Of a stretch of DNA of 32,000 nt, positions 19,811 to 26,885 are shown piece by piece. Position 1 is the first letter of the stretch. Each line of letters opens with the position of its first letter. The stretch is from NCBI RefSeq assembly GCF_000621645.1, contig NZ_KK211322.1, positions 200,756 to 232,755 on the forward strand, written 5' to 3'. The notes below the pieces were generated by a model that saw nothing but the letters and a program-made list of their open reading frames with translations, was not told where the DNA came from and did no database searches. A program made the translations under genes and the position numbers. The stretch comes from Vibrio cholerae ATCC 14035. Lineage in GTDB: Bacteria; Pseudomonadota; Gammaproteobacteria; Enterobacterales; Vibrionaceae.

Positions 19811-20335
19811 CTAAGCTGACGGATAATGTTCTGGATTAATAAAGGGGATCAGAGCGAGAATTAAGGCCTGATGATAAACCGTGCTGCGGGTGAGATGGTG
19901 GCGGGTTAAAAGGCCAATGGCTCCGCCTTTTTGTTTAATATTCTCAGTTCCAAATACTTCATCCATCACATCGCCGAGCTCTTTAGCTTGGCGTAGACGC
20001 TCTAATACCAGTGGTGGCAACATCAAACAGGCACTGCGTGATTCTCCGCGTTGCTGGTCTGATTCCACAATCATCCACGCAAAGGTTTTGTTCTCTTCGA
20101 TGCCCGCTTCCAATCCGACATAATACTCTGCACCAGGGTGGCGCTGTTTGGCATTTCGGACTCGGTTGAGGGCTCCTTGCTTGGTTTCCTCGTCACTCAT
20201 GGGCTGATCGGCGACTTCGCTCGGTACTGATACGCCAATAAATTCCCATTCTTGATCTGGAAATACGGTGCTAAAGGCACTTCTAACGGCATTCACTTTG
20301 GCTGGGTTCTGTGAAGCAATAATGATCTTGCGCAT
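19811..20335 (-). CDS. yjjX: Inosine/xanthosine triphosphatase (non-canonical NTP phosphatase, YjjX family)
   Basis: 174 aa counted from the ATG at 20335 (MRKIIIASQNPAKV, with an AAGAAGAG SD upstream). It is collinear with E. coli YjjX (TNPAK..., EAGI..., SRSAxxxLP, GAIGxxT...R...YxQAxILAL). The longer ORF-track start at 20362 is unlikely. Confidence 0.88.
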   Translation of the reverse strand: MRKIIIASQNPAKVNAVRSAFSTVFPDQEWEFIGVSVPSEVADQPMSDEETKQGALNRVRNAKQRHPGAEYYVGLEAGIEENKTFAWMIVESDQQRGESRSACLMLPPLVLERLRQAKELGDVMDEVFGTENIKQKGGAIGLLTRHHLTRSTVYHQALILALIPFINPEHYPSA

Positions 20336-22658
20336 AACTCTTCTTTTTATGATTGGAGGCATGAAGCCATGGGGAGATCTCGCTTAGGCTCATTGGATAA
20401 CCAAAGTAGAAGCCTTGCATGTAATCGCACTCATAATCGGCCAACCATTGATGCATAGTTTCACTCTCAATGCCTTCAGCGGTCACTTTCATGGATTGAG
20501 AGTGGCAGAGATCAATCAGTGGACGAATAACATTTTGTTTGTTGGTGGCGATGAGTGTATCCAAAAAATGGCGATCAAACTTAATCTTTTGTACTGGATA
20601 CTGCACCAACTGAGTAATAGAGGTATAGCCTGAGCCAAAATCATCAATCGTTAACCCATAGCCAAGACGCGAGAGTTCGTGCAGCAATGGGAAGCTTTGC
20701 GAATCTGCGGCAAACGTTTCTGTGATTTCAAAATCGATCCATGCGGGAGAAACGCCAAACTGCTCAGCCTGTCGATGGATAAATTGAGCCAATTTCAGCG
20801 AATTGAGTTCTGCCGAAGAGAGGTTGATCGACACCTGGATCGGCTCTTTCACTATGGCTTGTAGAGTTGATATCTCTTGAAAAGCTTTTGAAATGACCCA
20901 GCGGTCGATCGTGCCAAACAATCCAGTTTGCTCTGCAATTGGAATGAACTCTTCTGGCGACACTTCACCGAGCAATTCAGATTGCCAGCGCAGCAATACT
21001 TCGAAGCCCACTAAGCGTTTCCCTGAGCAAGTAAAGTAAGGTTGATAAGCCAAATTGAACTCTTGATCAAATAACCCTAAGCGCAGTGCTCGTTCAATAT
21101 TATTGCGCCGCTGTACTATTTGATCTAGCGCCTGCGAATAGTAAGCGACTTGGTTTTTGCCCGCATTTTTCGCTTGATACATGGCGGTATCGGCATTGAG
21201 CAGCAATTTCTCAATGTGTTCGCCATCTTTAGGGAAAGTCGCAATACCAATACTGGCAGTAATGGGAAAATGGCTAAGTGGTGAGTTGTCTTTATTTTGG
21301 ATCGGTGCCAACAAGCGTTGAGCAAAGATCTTCGCACAATCATTAAACCGTTTGGGGGAGACGAGCAAAATAGCAAACTCATCACCAGATAAACGGGCCG
21401 CAATACTGTAGGTGTTATGGCTGGCCTCAAAATTTTTACATAACTGGCGAACGTGGGTCGCGAAGCTGACCAGTAAGGAATCACCGATTTGGTGACCATA
21501 CTTATCATTAACGTACTTGAAGTTATCTAAGTCGATATACATGACCCAGATATGCTGAGTATCGTAACAACGTGATAGCAGCAGATCGGCTTGAACTTGA
21601 AATTGATAGCGGTTAGCCAGCTTGGTGAGGTGATCGTTTTCCGCAAGTGCTTTCGTGCGTTGATAGGTTGAATGAAGTTCGCTGTACATAGCGTAAAAAC
21701 GCGAGGAAAGCCGCCCAATTTCATCGTCAGTATTGAGTTTTTCAATGTTCTTACGTTGGTTGTTTTCCACCTCTTCAAGCTGTTTATCCAAATGCAGGAT
21801 CGGATTGATCACATGGCGATAGAGAAGGAGCAGTAGCATGAGTACCGTCACCAGTGCCGAAACGCCAAAAGAGAGTAAAAGTTCGCGCTGAATGGAGTGA
21901 AGCTGGGCGTTAATCAGTTTCGGTGCAGGGTCGAGTATGGCGTAAAAGCCCGGTTGTAATTCAACCGATTGCAATAAGCCCGTGCGGTAGCTCGGAGGTG
22001 AATGCGTAAAAAATATCGGGCTCTGGTTATCAAATTCAATTTTTTTACGCAGTTGGCTGAACTGCTCAAGCACCACATACACCACCACAAAAAACACGTC
22101 TTGGCGGTTATAACTGAGCGGCGTTGAGAGTGTCTGAGTATCCAACATATCGTAGCGAACCAAAATATCTTCACCCGCTGAGTTGACGGTGTAGCTGATA
22201 TCAGAGTTTTTTTGTGTGGATGCAAAACGCTGTTTGATGTACGCCATCACCTTAGGGTCAAGCTCGGCAAATGGATCGGAGCTATTTTCCGCATAATAAA
22301 GCAGCTCTTCATGGCCATTGAGGATCGATAACGACACGAGCTGTTTTTCATTCGGCTGCAAAATTTGCAGGGTTTCACGTAAGTTATCCACCAGTTCTAG
22401 TTCGCGGTAAGGATTTTTTTCTAAAGAGAAGTAGTGGCGGATGATGTCACTTTTGGCCAGCGTGAAGGCATAACTGCTGACGAGCGACTGAGCTTGTCGA
22501 TAGTGGCTGGCTAACTTTTCAATATTCAACTGCAGGTAACTGTCGGTTCTTTTTAGCAGCGCATTTTTCTGACTGGTGTAAATGATGTAGCTTGATGCGG
22601 CTGCACTGAGCAGGATCACCGGTGCAATCAGTAACAGAATTCTATGGTTTAGCTTCAT
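20283..22658 (-). CDS. mbaA: Membrane-bound GGDEF-EAL protein with a periplasmic sensor region and a HAMP domain, the MbaA partner of NspS
   Basis: 791 aa. It has an N-terminal TM helix, a periplasmic region of about 230 aa, a second TM helix and a HAMP domain. The GGDEF domain carries the variant motif SGDEF (ARLSGDEFAILL). The EAL domain carries the variant EVL (GFEVLLRW) together with intact DDFGSGYTS, EGIES and QGFYFG motifs. Confidence 0.9.
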   Translation of the reverse strand: MKLNHRILLLIAPVILLSAAASSYIIYTSQKNALLKRTDSYLQLNIEKLASHYRQAQSLVSSYAFTLAKSDIIRHYFSLEKNPYRELELVDNLRETLQILQPNEKQLVSLSILNGHEELLYYAENSSDPFAELDPKVMAYIKQRFASTQKNSDISYTVNSAGEDILVRYDMLDTQTLSTPLSYNRQDVFFVVVYVVLEQFSQLRKKIEFDNQSPIFFTHSPPSYRTGLLQSVELQPGFYAILDPAPKLINAQLHSIQRELLLSFGVSALVTVLMLLLLLYRHVINPILHLDKQLEEVENNQRKNIEKLNTDDEIGRLSSRFYAMYSELHSTYQRTKALAENDHLTKLANRYQFQVQADLLLSRCYDTQHIWVMYIDLDNFKYVNDKYGHQIGDSLLVSFATHVRQLCKNFEASHNTYSIAARLSGDEFAILLVSPKRFNDCAKIFAQRLLAPIQNKDNSPLSHFPITASIGIATFPKDGEHIEKLLLNADTAMYQAKNAGKNQVAYYSQALDQIVQRRNNIERALRLGLFDQEFNLAYQPYFTCSGKRLVGFEVLLRWQSELLGEVSPEEFIPIAEQTGLFGTIDRWVISKAFQEISTLQAIVKEPIQVSINLSSAELNSLKLAQFIHRQAEQFGVSPAWIDFEITETFAADSQSFPLLHELSRLGYGLTIDDFGSGYTSITQLVQYPVQKIKFDRHFLDTLIATNKQNVIRPLIDLCHSQSMKVTAEGIESETMHQWLADYECDYMQGFYFGYPMSLSEISPWLHASNHKKKSYAQDHYCFTEPSQSECR

Positions 22659-23682
22659 ATTGGTAAGTCACACTGCTGATGATTTTGGCACGCAGACTGA
22701 GGTTTTTCGCCGAGAGTTCGCTGTAGATTATTCCCTCCGCCAATCGCTGCTCTGGGAGATAAATCGAGAGATCTTCTCGGTGCTCTACAGGGAGCAAAGC
22801 GCGTGCTTTGTAGTTTGGGCTTGCAGCTCGAATATATTCGGCATTGATTGCGGCAATGTCAGGTTTCATCAAGAAATCCAAAAAAGCTTTGGCCTGCACT
22901 GTGTTGGGAGAAACGCTATTTACGGCCATACAATCAACCCACAAATAAGGGCGGCCTTCTGGAACGCTAAAGTCCCAGTCTTGAGTATTGAAGAAGCGGT
23001 TCAGTGAATAGTGATCGCCACTGTAAGAGACCGCCATATGTAGATTGTCGGTTTGTGGGTGGCTGCGTACATAGCTCAATACATACTCATAGGTCAGGAT
23101 ATGGGGATTGGCGGCGTCTAAGAGACGATACGCTTGCCTTAGTGTGTCGATAGAATCGGTAATGGGAGAGGCGTTGAGCATGTACAGTGCAGGCAGTAGT
23201 GTTTCGACACTGTCTTTAAGCATACCCACTCGTCCACGATGCGCCGGAGCGATATCGACGACCTCACTCCACTGCGTTGGAGGTTTATCAAACAAGCTTT
23301 TGCGATAGGCAATGCCGACTGAGCCCCAGAAATAAGGTACCGCATGGGTGCCACAAGCTTGTAGCCACATAGGGTCATTATTCGCACGATTAGGAAGGGC
23401 GGTCAGATCCTCAAAAACATTTTGCCTTGAGAAAATGAACGCGGAGACGTTATCCAACACCATGATGTCAAAGGGCAGTTGTACGCTTTTGAGCATTAAT
23501 AAACTGCGTTCATCATCATTATCGAAATGGTAGAGATTAACGGAGACGCCGGTTTTTTTATGCCATGCCTCAACTACGCTTGGTGCAATCGTATCTTCCC
23601 AAAGGTAGACATTCAGTTCCAAAGCGCTGGCTTGATAACAGACAGTATTCAATACCATCAGCGACAGAAAGCGTTTGATCAT
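22642..23682 (-). CDS. nspS: Periplasmic polyamine-binding-protein homologue (PotD/PotF fold), the norspermidine sensor NspS
   Basis: 346 aa counted from the ATG at 23682, with a signal peptide (MIKRFLSLMVLNTVCYQASA). The family is spermidine/putrescine-binding SBP. Its stop overlaps the mbaA start by 17 nt. The ORF-track start at 23721 adds 13 residues ahead of the signal peptide. Confidence 0.86.
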   Translation of the reverse strand: MIKRFLSLMVLNTVCYQASALELNVYLWEDTIAPSVVEAWHKKTGVSVNLYHFDNDDERSLLMLKSVQLPFDIMVLDNVSAFIFSRQNVFEDLTALPNRANNDPMWLQACGTHAVPYFWGSVGIAYRKSLFDKPPTQWSEVVDIAPAHRGRVGMLKDSVETLLPALYMLNASPITDSIDTLRQAYRLLDAANPHILTYEYVLSYVRSHPQTDNLHMAVSYSGDHYSLNRFFNTQDWDFSVPEGRPYLWVDCMAVNSVSPNTVQAKAFLDFLMKPDIAAINAEYIRAASPNYKARALLPVEHREDLSIYLPEQRLAEGIIYSELSAKNLSLRAKIISSVTYQYEAKP

Positions 23683-23810
23683 TTGTGAATACGATACCCA
23701 TTCGTTACAAAAATTGGTCACGATCCGACAAATAACCTAATAGCGTAAAAGCCAATATTTTGGCTACGCTGACAGCCTGGATCACCTAACTCTATGTATA
23801 ATTTGGTCGC

Positions 23811-23839
23811 ATTATAATCAGAGCGGGTGAAGCTGTCAG
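23811..23839 (-). promoter_or_regulatory. Candidate sigma70 promoter for nspS-mbaA
   Basis: On the minus strand it reads CTGACA (23839-23834)-N17-TATAAT (23816-23811). It lies about 130 nt upstream of the nspS start. Confidence 0.4.
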
Positions 23840-23863
23840 CTTAAAAGGTTCAATTTATTGACG

Positions 23864-25039
23864 CTAAATGAATTTCACCTGAGTGGGTTTGACGTTTTCA
23901 CTAGGGTAGCAGCCGAGCACTTTGAGGTGTCGAGTCAGTTGAGTGAGTTCTGCCAACGCTTGCTGCATCTCATCGGAGTCAATGTGCGCTTCTAAATCTA
24001 CGTAGAACATTTCTTCCCACGGATTACCCATAATCGGACGCGATTCCAGCTTAGTCATATTAATGCCGTAACGTTGCAGCACGAGTAAGGTTGAAACCAG
24101 CGAGCCCGCCTCTTGTGAAGTTGACATAATCAAGGTGGTTTTGGCTGGAATTTGTGGTGAAACTTCGACGGGTTTACGAGCTACCACGATAAAGCGAGTG
24201 TGATTTTCGGTTTGGTTGGCAATATTACCTTGAATCGGTTGCAGTCCGTACAGTTTTCCGCTGGCTGAGTTGCCAATCGCTGCTACATCCGCACGATTGA
24301 GCTCTTGCACTTTTTTCATGGCATCTGCAGTACTGGCGCAACTTTCTAACTTGACCCCTTTTAAGCGGCTAAGAAATTCGCTGCACTGCTGGTGAGGTTG
24401 TGGATGGGAATAGAGGACTTTCAGATCCTCCAAACGAATCTCTTGCGTGGCCACCAGGCAATGCTCTATTGGCTGCGTTAACTCACCCACTATGTACAGT
24501 GTGGTGTGCTGCAGCAAATCGTAAACTTCGTTGATGGAGCCTGAGCTGGTGTTTTCAATCGGTAGCACACCATAATCCGCATGGCCGGATTCCACGGTTC
24601 TTGCCACCTCTTTAAAATGGTCGCAGTTGAGCTCAATCAGCTCTGTATTTTTGCGGCTGAAATACTCGCGAGTCGCCAGATGTGAATAAGAGCCTTTAGC
24701 GCCTAAAAAGGCGACTCTAGCCAATGGTTTACGACTTTGTGGATTCGCAAGGTTTTGCAGATAGGATTGCTGAAGCAAAACCGAATCTTCAATGATGGTG
24801 TGGAAAATTTTGGTGATGTATTGAGGATCGAGCTGATATTTCTCTTTGCCAGCATTGATGAGTTTTACCAGTAGCTGCTGTTCACGAGCCGGATCACGTA
24901 CAGGTTTCGCGGTTTCGACTTTGCTTTTGGCGACCTCAATACTCATTTTGCGTCGTTCTGACAGCAGGTTTAGCAGTTGATCGTCGAGTTCGTTTAGCCG
25001 TAAGCGAATATCGTCGAGTGAGTATTGTTTGTCTGTCAT
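23864..25039 (-). CDS. pheA: Bifunctional chorismate mutase / prephenate dehydratase (P-protein)
   Basis: 391 aa with an N-terminal CM_2 domain, a PDT domain (VAFLGAKGSYSHLA) and a C-terminal ACT domain (ESRP...PWEEMFYVD). Confidence 0.95.
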   Translation of the reverse strand: MTDKQYSLDDIRLRLNELDDQLLNLLSERRKMSIEVAKSKVETAKPVRDPAREQQLLVKLINAGKEKYQLDPQYITKIFHTIIEDSVLLQQSYLQNLANPQSRKPLARVAFLGAKGSYSHLATREYFSRKNTELIELNCDHFKEVARTVESGHADYGVLPIENTSSGSINEVYDLLQHTTLYIVGELTQPIEHCLVATQEIRLEDLKVLYSHPQPHQQCSEFLSRLKGVKLESCASTADAMKKVQELNRADVAAIGNSASGKLYGLQPIQGNIANQTENHTRFIVVARKPVEVSPQIPAKTTLIMSTSQEAGSLVSTLLVLQRYGINMTKLESRPIMGNPWEEMFYVDLEAHIDSDEMQQALAELTQLTRHLKVLGCYPSENVKPTQVKFI

Positions 25040-25053
25040 AAAGTTATCCTTAT

Positions 25054-25079
25054 AAAAAAAGCCCCCTTAAGAGGAGGCT
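25054..25079 (-). terminator. pheA attenuator (leader terminator)
   Basis: On the minus strand AGCCTCC (25079-25073) pairs with GGGGGCT (25066-25060), including one G-U pair. TTTTTTT (25060-25054) follows, 14 nt before the pheA ATG. The same AGCCTCC can instead pair with GGAGGCT (25123-25117). Confidence 0.8.
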
Positions 25080-25128
25080 TTCTGTTCGTTTTTGACTTGT
25101 CTTTGAACAACGAGCGAGCCTCCAAACA

Positions 25129-25176
25129 TTATTGGAGAAAAAAGAAGTCAAAAAAGTACAGGAAATGAGGTGTCAT
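25129..25176 (-). CDS. pheL: pheA leader peptide MTPHFLYFFDFFFLQ (15 aa, 6 Phe)
   Basis: I translated this by hand from the minus strand: ATG ACA CCT CAT TTC CTG TAC TTT TTT GAC TTC TTT TTT CTC CAA TAA. It sits between a candidate promoter, TTGACG (25235-25230)-N17-TATTGT (25212-25207), and the attenuator hairpins. It is too short to appear in the ORF track. Confidence 0.8.
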   Translation of the reverse strand: MTPHFLYFFDFFFLQ

Positions 25177-25236
25177 CAATGCATATTTATCCAAGTAAGT
25201 CACCACACAATAAGCAAGCCCCTAGAGAGCGTCAAG

Positions 25237-25264
25237 CAAAAAAATAGCGCCCTAAGGCGCTATC
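25237..25264 (-). terminator. raiA terminator
   Basis: ATAGCGCC (25244-25251) pairs with GGCGCTAT (25256-25263) around a 4-nt loop. On the minus strand a T-run follows (plus-strand A-run at 25238-25243). It lies 15 nt downstream of the raiA stop. Confidence 0.8.
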
Positions 25265-25278
25265 TCCCATCATTCTAT

Positions 25279-25605
25279 TTATTCCACTTCTTCGCTCAGT
25301 TCCGTTTTATCCGCTCGGCGAGCTTCTGGTTTGTGGCGTAGTTTATTCAATTGTCGTTCGAGTTTTTGCTCTACCTCATTAATGGCGGCATACAAATCTT
25401 CGTGAATCGCAGAAGCGACTAACTGACCGCGTGGAATGCTAACGACTGCTTCAAATTTTTTCTGTTTGTTGGGCTCTTCGCTGAAGCTGGCTTGGCAGCC
25501 AATAATGTCAACTTGCCATTTTTCTAATTTTTTGAGTTTACCCTCGATATGATTGCGGATTGCAGAGGTGACTTCGATGTTTTTACCAGTGATGTTGATT
25601 TTCAT
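25279..25605 (-). CDS. raiA: Ribosome-associated translation inhibitor (stationary-phase ribosome stabilisation, YfiA/RaiA short form)
   Basis: 108 aa with sigma54-modulation/S30EA family sequence (MKINITGKNIEVTSAIRNHIEGKL). It sits upstream of pheL-pheA exactly as raiA does in E. coli. It lacks the long HPF C-terminal dimerisation domain. Confidence 0.88.
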   Translation of the reverse strand: MKINITGKNIEVTSAIRNHIEGKLKKLEKWQVDIIGCQASFSEEPNKQKKFEAVVSIPRGQLVASAIHEDLYAAINEVEQKLERQLNKLRHKPEARRADKTELSEEVE

Positions 25606-25671
25606 AATGCTTTTTCCTCTGTGTCATCCCTTATGGGTTGAGTTCAGATTAGCGTGCTATTGCGGAAATAA

Positions 25672-25687
25672 TGTGATCTGTATCACT
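25672..25687. promoter_or_regulatory. CRP (cAMP receptor protein) site, class II position for a raiA promoter
   Basis: TGTGA-TCTGTA-TCACT within AATGTGATCTGTATCACTTT is a near-consensus match to TGTGA-N6-TCACA. Its centre lies about 40 bp upstream of the TSS predicted from a -10 element TAATCT (25651-25646, minus strand). Confidence 0.6.
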
Positions 25688-25951
25688 TTGTATTGAGGGT
25701 TTTTCTTGATGTGAAATAAACGTGATCTATCGCAAAGCTTGTGCTGAAGAGGTAAAGAAAAAGCTTGTTATCTCTTATAAAACCGCTAGATTCAGGTAAG
25801 TAGAGACTAAAAATTTCCGATTTTTTAGCGCTTTGTTTCGACCTAAAAAAGCTTAATGGATAAAAAGTCACCATATTGCTTTTGTGATGAAAGTCACTTT
25901 GGTGATGGGGCGTGTAAGAGAAACATCGCTACGCCAAATCAATAAAAATCA

Positions 25952-25988
25952 AAACAAAAAGAGCCACAATTGCTGTGGCTCTTTTTGT
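25952..25988. terminator. bamD terminator (bidirectional architecture)
   Basis: AAGAGCCACA (25959-25968) pairs with TGTGGCTCTT (25974-25983) around a 5-nt loop. An A-run lies upstream and a T-run downstream. It lies just beyond the bamD stop at 26006. Confidence 0.8.
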
Positions 25989-26005
25989 TGGTGAGTTTTA
26001 GCGCC

Positions 26006-26731
26006 TTATAAAGGGTTAAGCTGCATTAACTGCTTAGTTCGCTCTACCGCGTCGGTTAAACCAAGCTGCTGATAAGCCTCGAGTTGGATTTCTAAGGATT
26101 GACGTGCCGCTTCGGTATCTGGATAGGTTTTTTGTAACTCTTGAGTGCGATTAATCGCCGCAATCCATGCTTCACGGCGCAGGTAGAAATCTGCGGTCGC
26201 TAAATCGTATTCCGCTAAACGGTTCTTGAGCGCAAACATTCGACGCTGCGCATCTTCTGCGTATGGGCTGTTTGGGTAACGCTGGAGCAGCTTCTTAAAA
26301 TCCGCAAAGGCTGCTTTCACGGGTTCAGGATCGCGGTCACGGCGATCGATATTAAACAAGTCATGCATGAAGTTGCGATCTTGCGCCATGTGCGTCAAAC
26401 CGCGCATGTAGAGTACCCAATCCATTTTTTCATGGGTTGGATTAAGGCGTGTAAAACGTTCGATGGTCGCGAGGCCAAGGGCCAAATCATCATTTTTGTA
26501 GTAGGCATAAATCAGATCGAGCTGTACTTGCTCTGAATAAGCACCAAATGGATAGCGTGAATCGAGCGCCTCTAGTTTTTCGATAGCGGTTAACCACGTT
26601 CCGCTTTGTAGAGCGGTTTGCGCTTCAGAGTACAGCTGTGATGGCGGTACATCTGGCACCACATCTGGGCTGCTAGAGCAACCAAATAACAGGGATAACG
26701 CGAGTAGGCCTGATAAAGTCTGGTATTTCAT
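26006..26731 (-). CDS. bamD: Outer-membrane protein assembly factor BamD (TPR lipoprotein)
   Basis: 241 aa counted from the ATG at 26731 (MKYQTLSGLLALSLLFGCSS, which has a lipobox). It is collinear with E. coli BamD/YfiO. The ORF-track start at 26767 is a TTG that adds 12 residues ahead of the signal peptide. Confidence 0.92.
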   Translation of the reverse strand: MKYQTLSGLLALSLLFGCSSSPDVVPDVPPSQLYSEAQTALQSGTWLTAIEKLEALDSRYPFGAYSEQVQLDLIYAYYKNDDLALGLATIERFTRLNPTHEKMDWVLYMRGLTHMAQDRNFMHDLFNIDRRDRDPEPVKAAFADFKKLLQRYPNSPYAEDAQRRMFALKNRLAEYDLATADFYLRREAWIAAINRTQELQKTYPDTEAARQSLEIQLEAYQQLGLTDAVERTKQLMQLNPL

Positions 26732-26885
26732 GTCAGGGTGGAGTTCCTTGCAAATCTTGCTTTTCAATAGGTGCGTAAACCGCGCGCAAATCGTTTCGTT
26801 ACTTTCTTGGCAGTAACAGATACAATGTCGGCGTATTTTTCCATACTAGTGACTATTAGTCTCACGGTTTTTTAAAAAGTTCGAT

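Noticed and set aside
23821-23863. AAGCTGACAGCTT immediately after the pheA stop, considered as a pheA terminator.
   Set aside because: With a minimum 3-nt loop the palindrome can form only a 4-bp stem, and no T-run follows. I interpret it instead as one copy of the paired GCTGWCAGC motif overlapping the nspS promoter -35.
25132-25341. A 69-aa plus-strand ORF spanning the pheA leader and the raiA 3' end.
   Set aside because: It overlaps, in antisense, both the pheL leader/attenuator and the raiA terminator and coding end. Its reading frame is a by-product of the A-rich complement of the Phe codons (KKEVKK).
25683-25874. A 63-aa ORF on the minus strand in the raiA-bamD spacer.
   Set aside because: It has no Shine-Dalgarno sequence. 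Its sequence is AT-driven, Phe/Lys/Ser-rich and low-complexity. Its ATG sits only about 16 nt from the centre of the distal CRP box, so it could not be transcribed from a promoter using that box. I kept the region as a finding for a possible non-coding transcript, not as a CDS.
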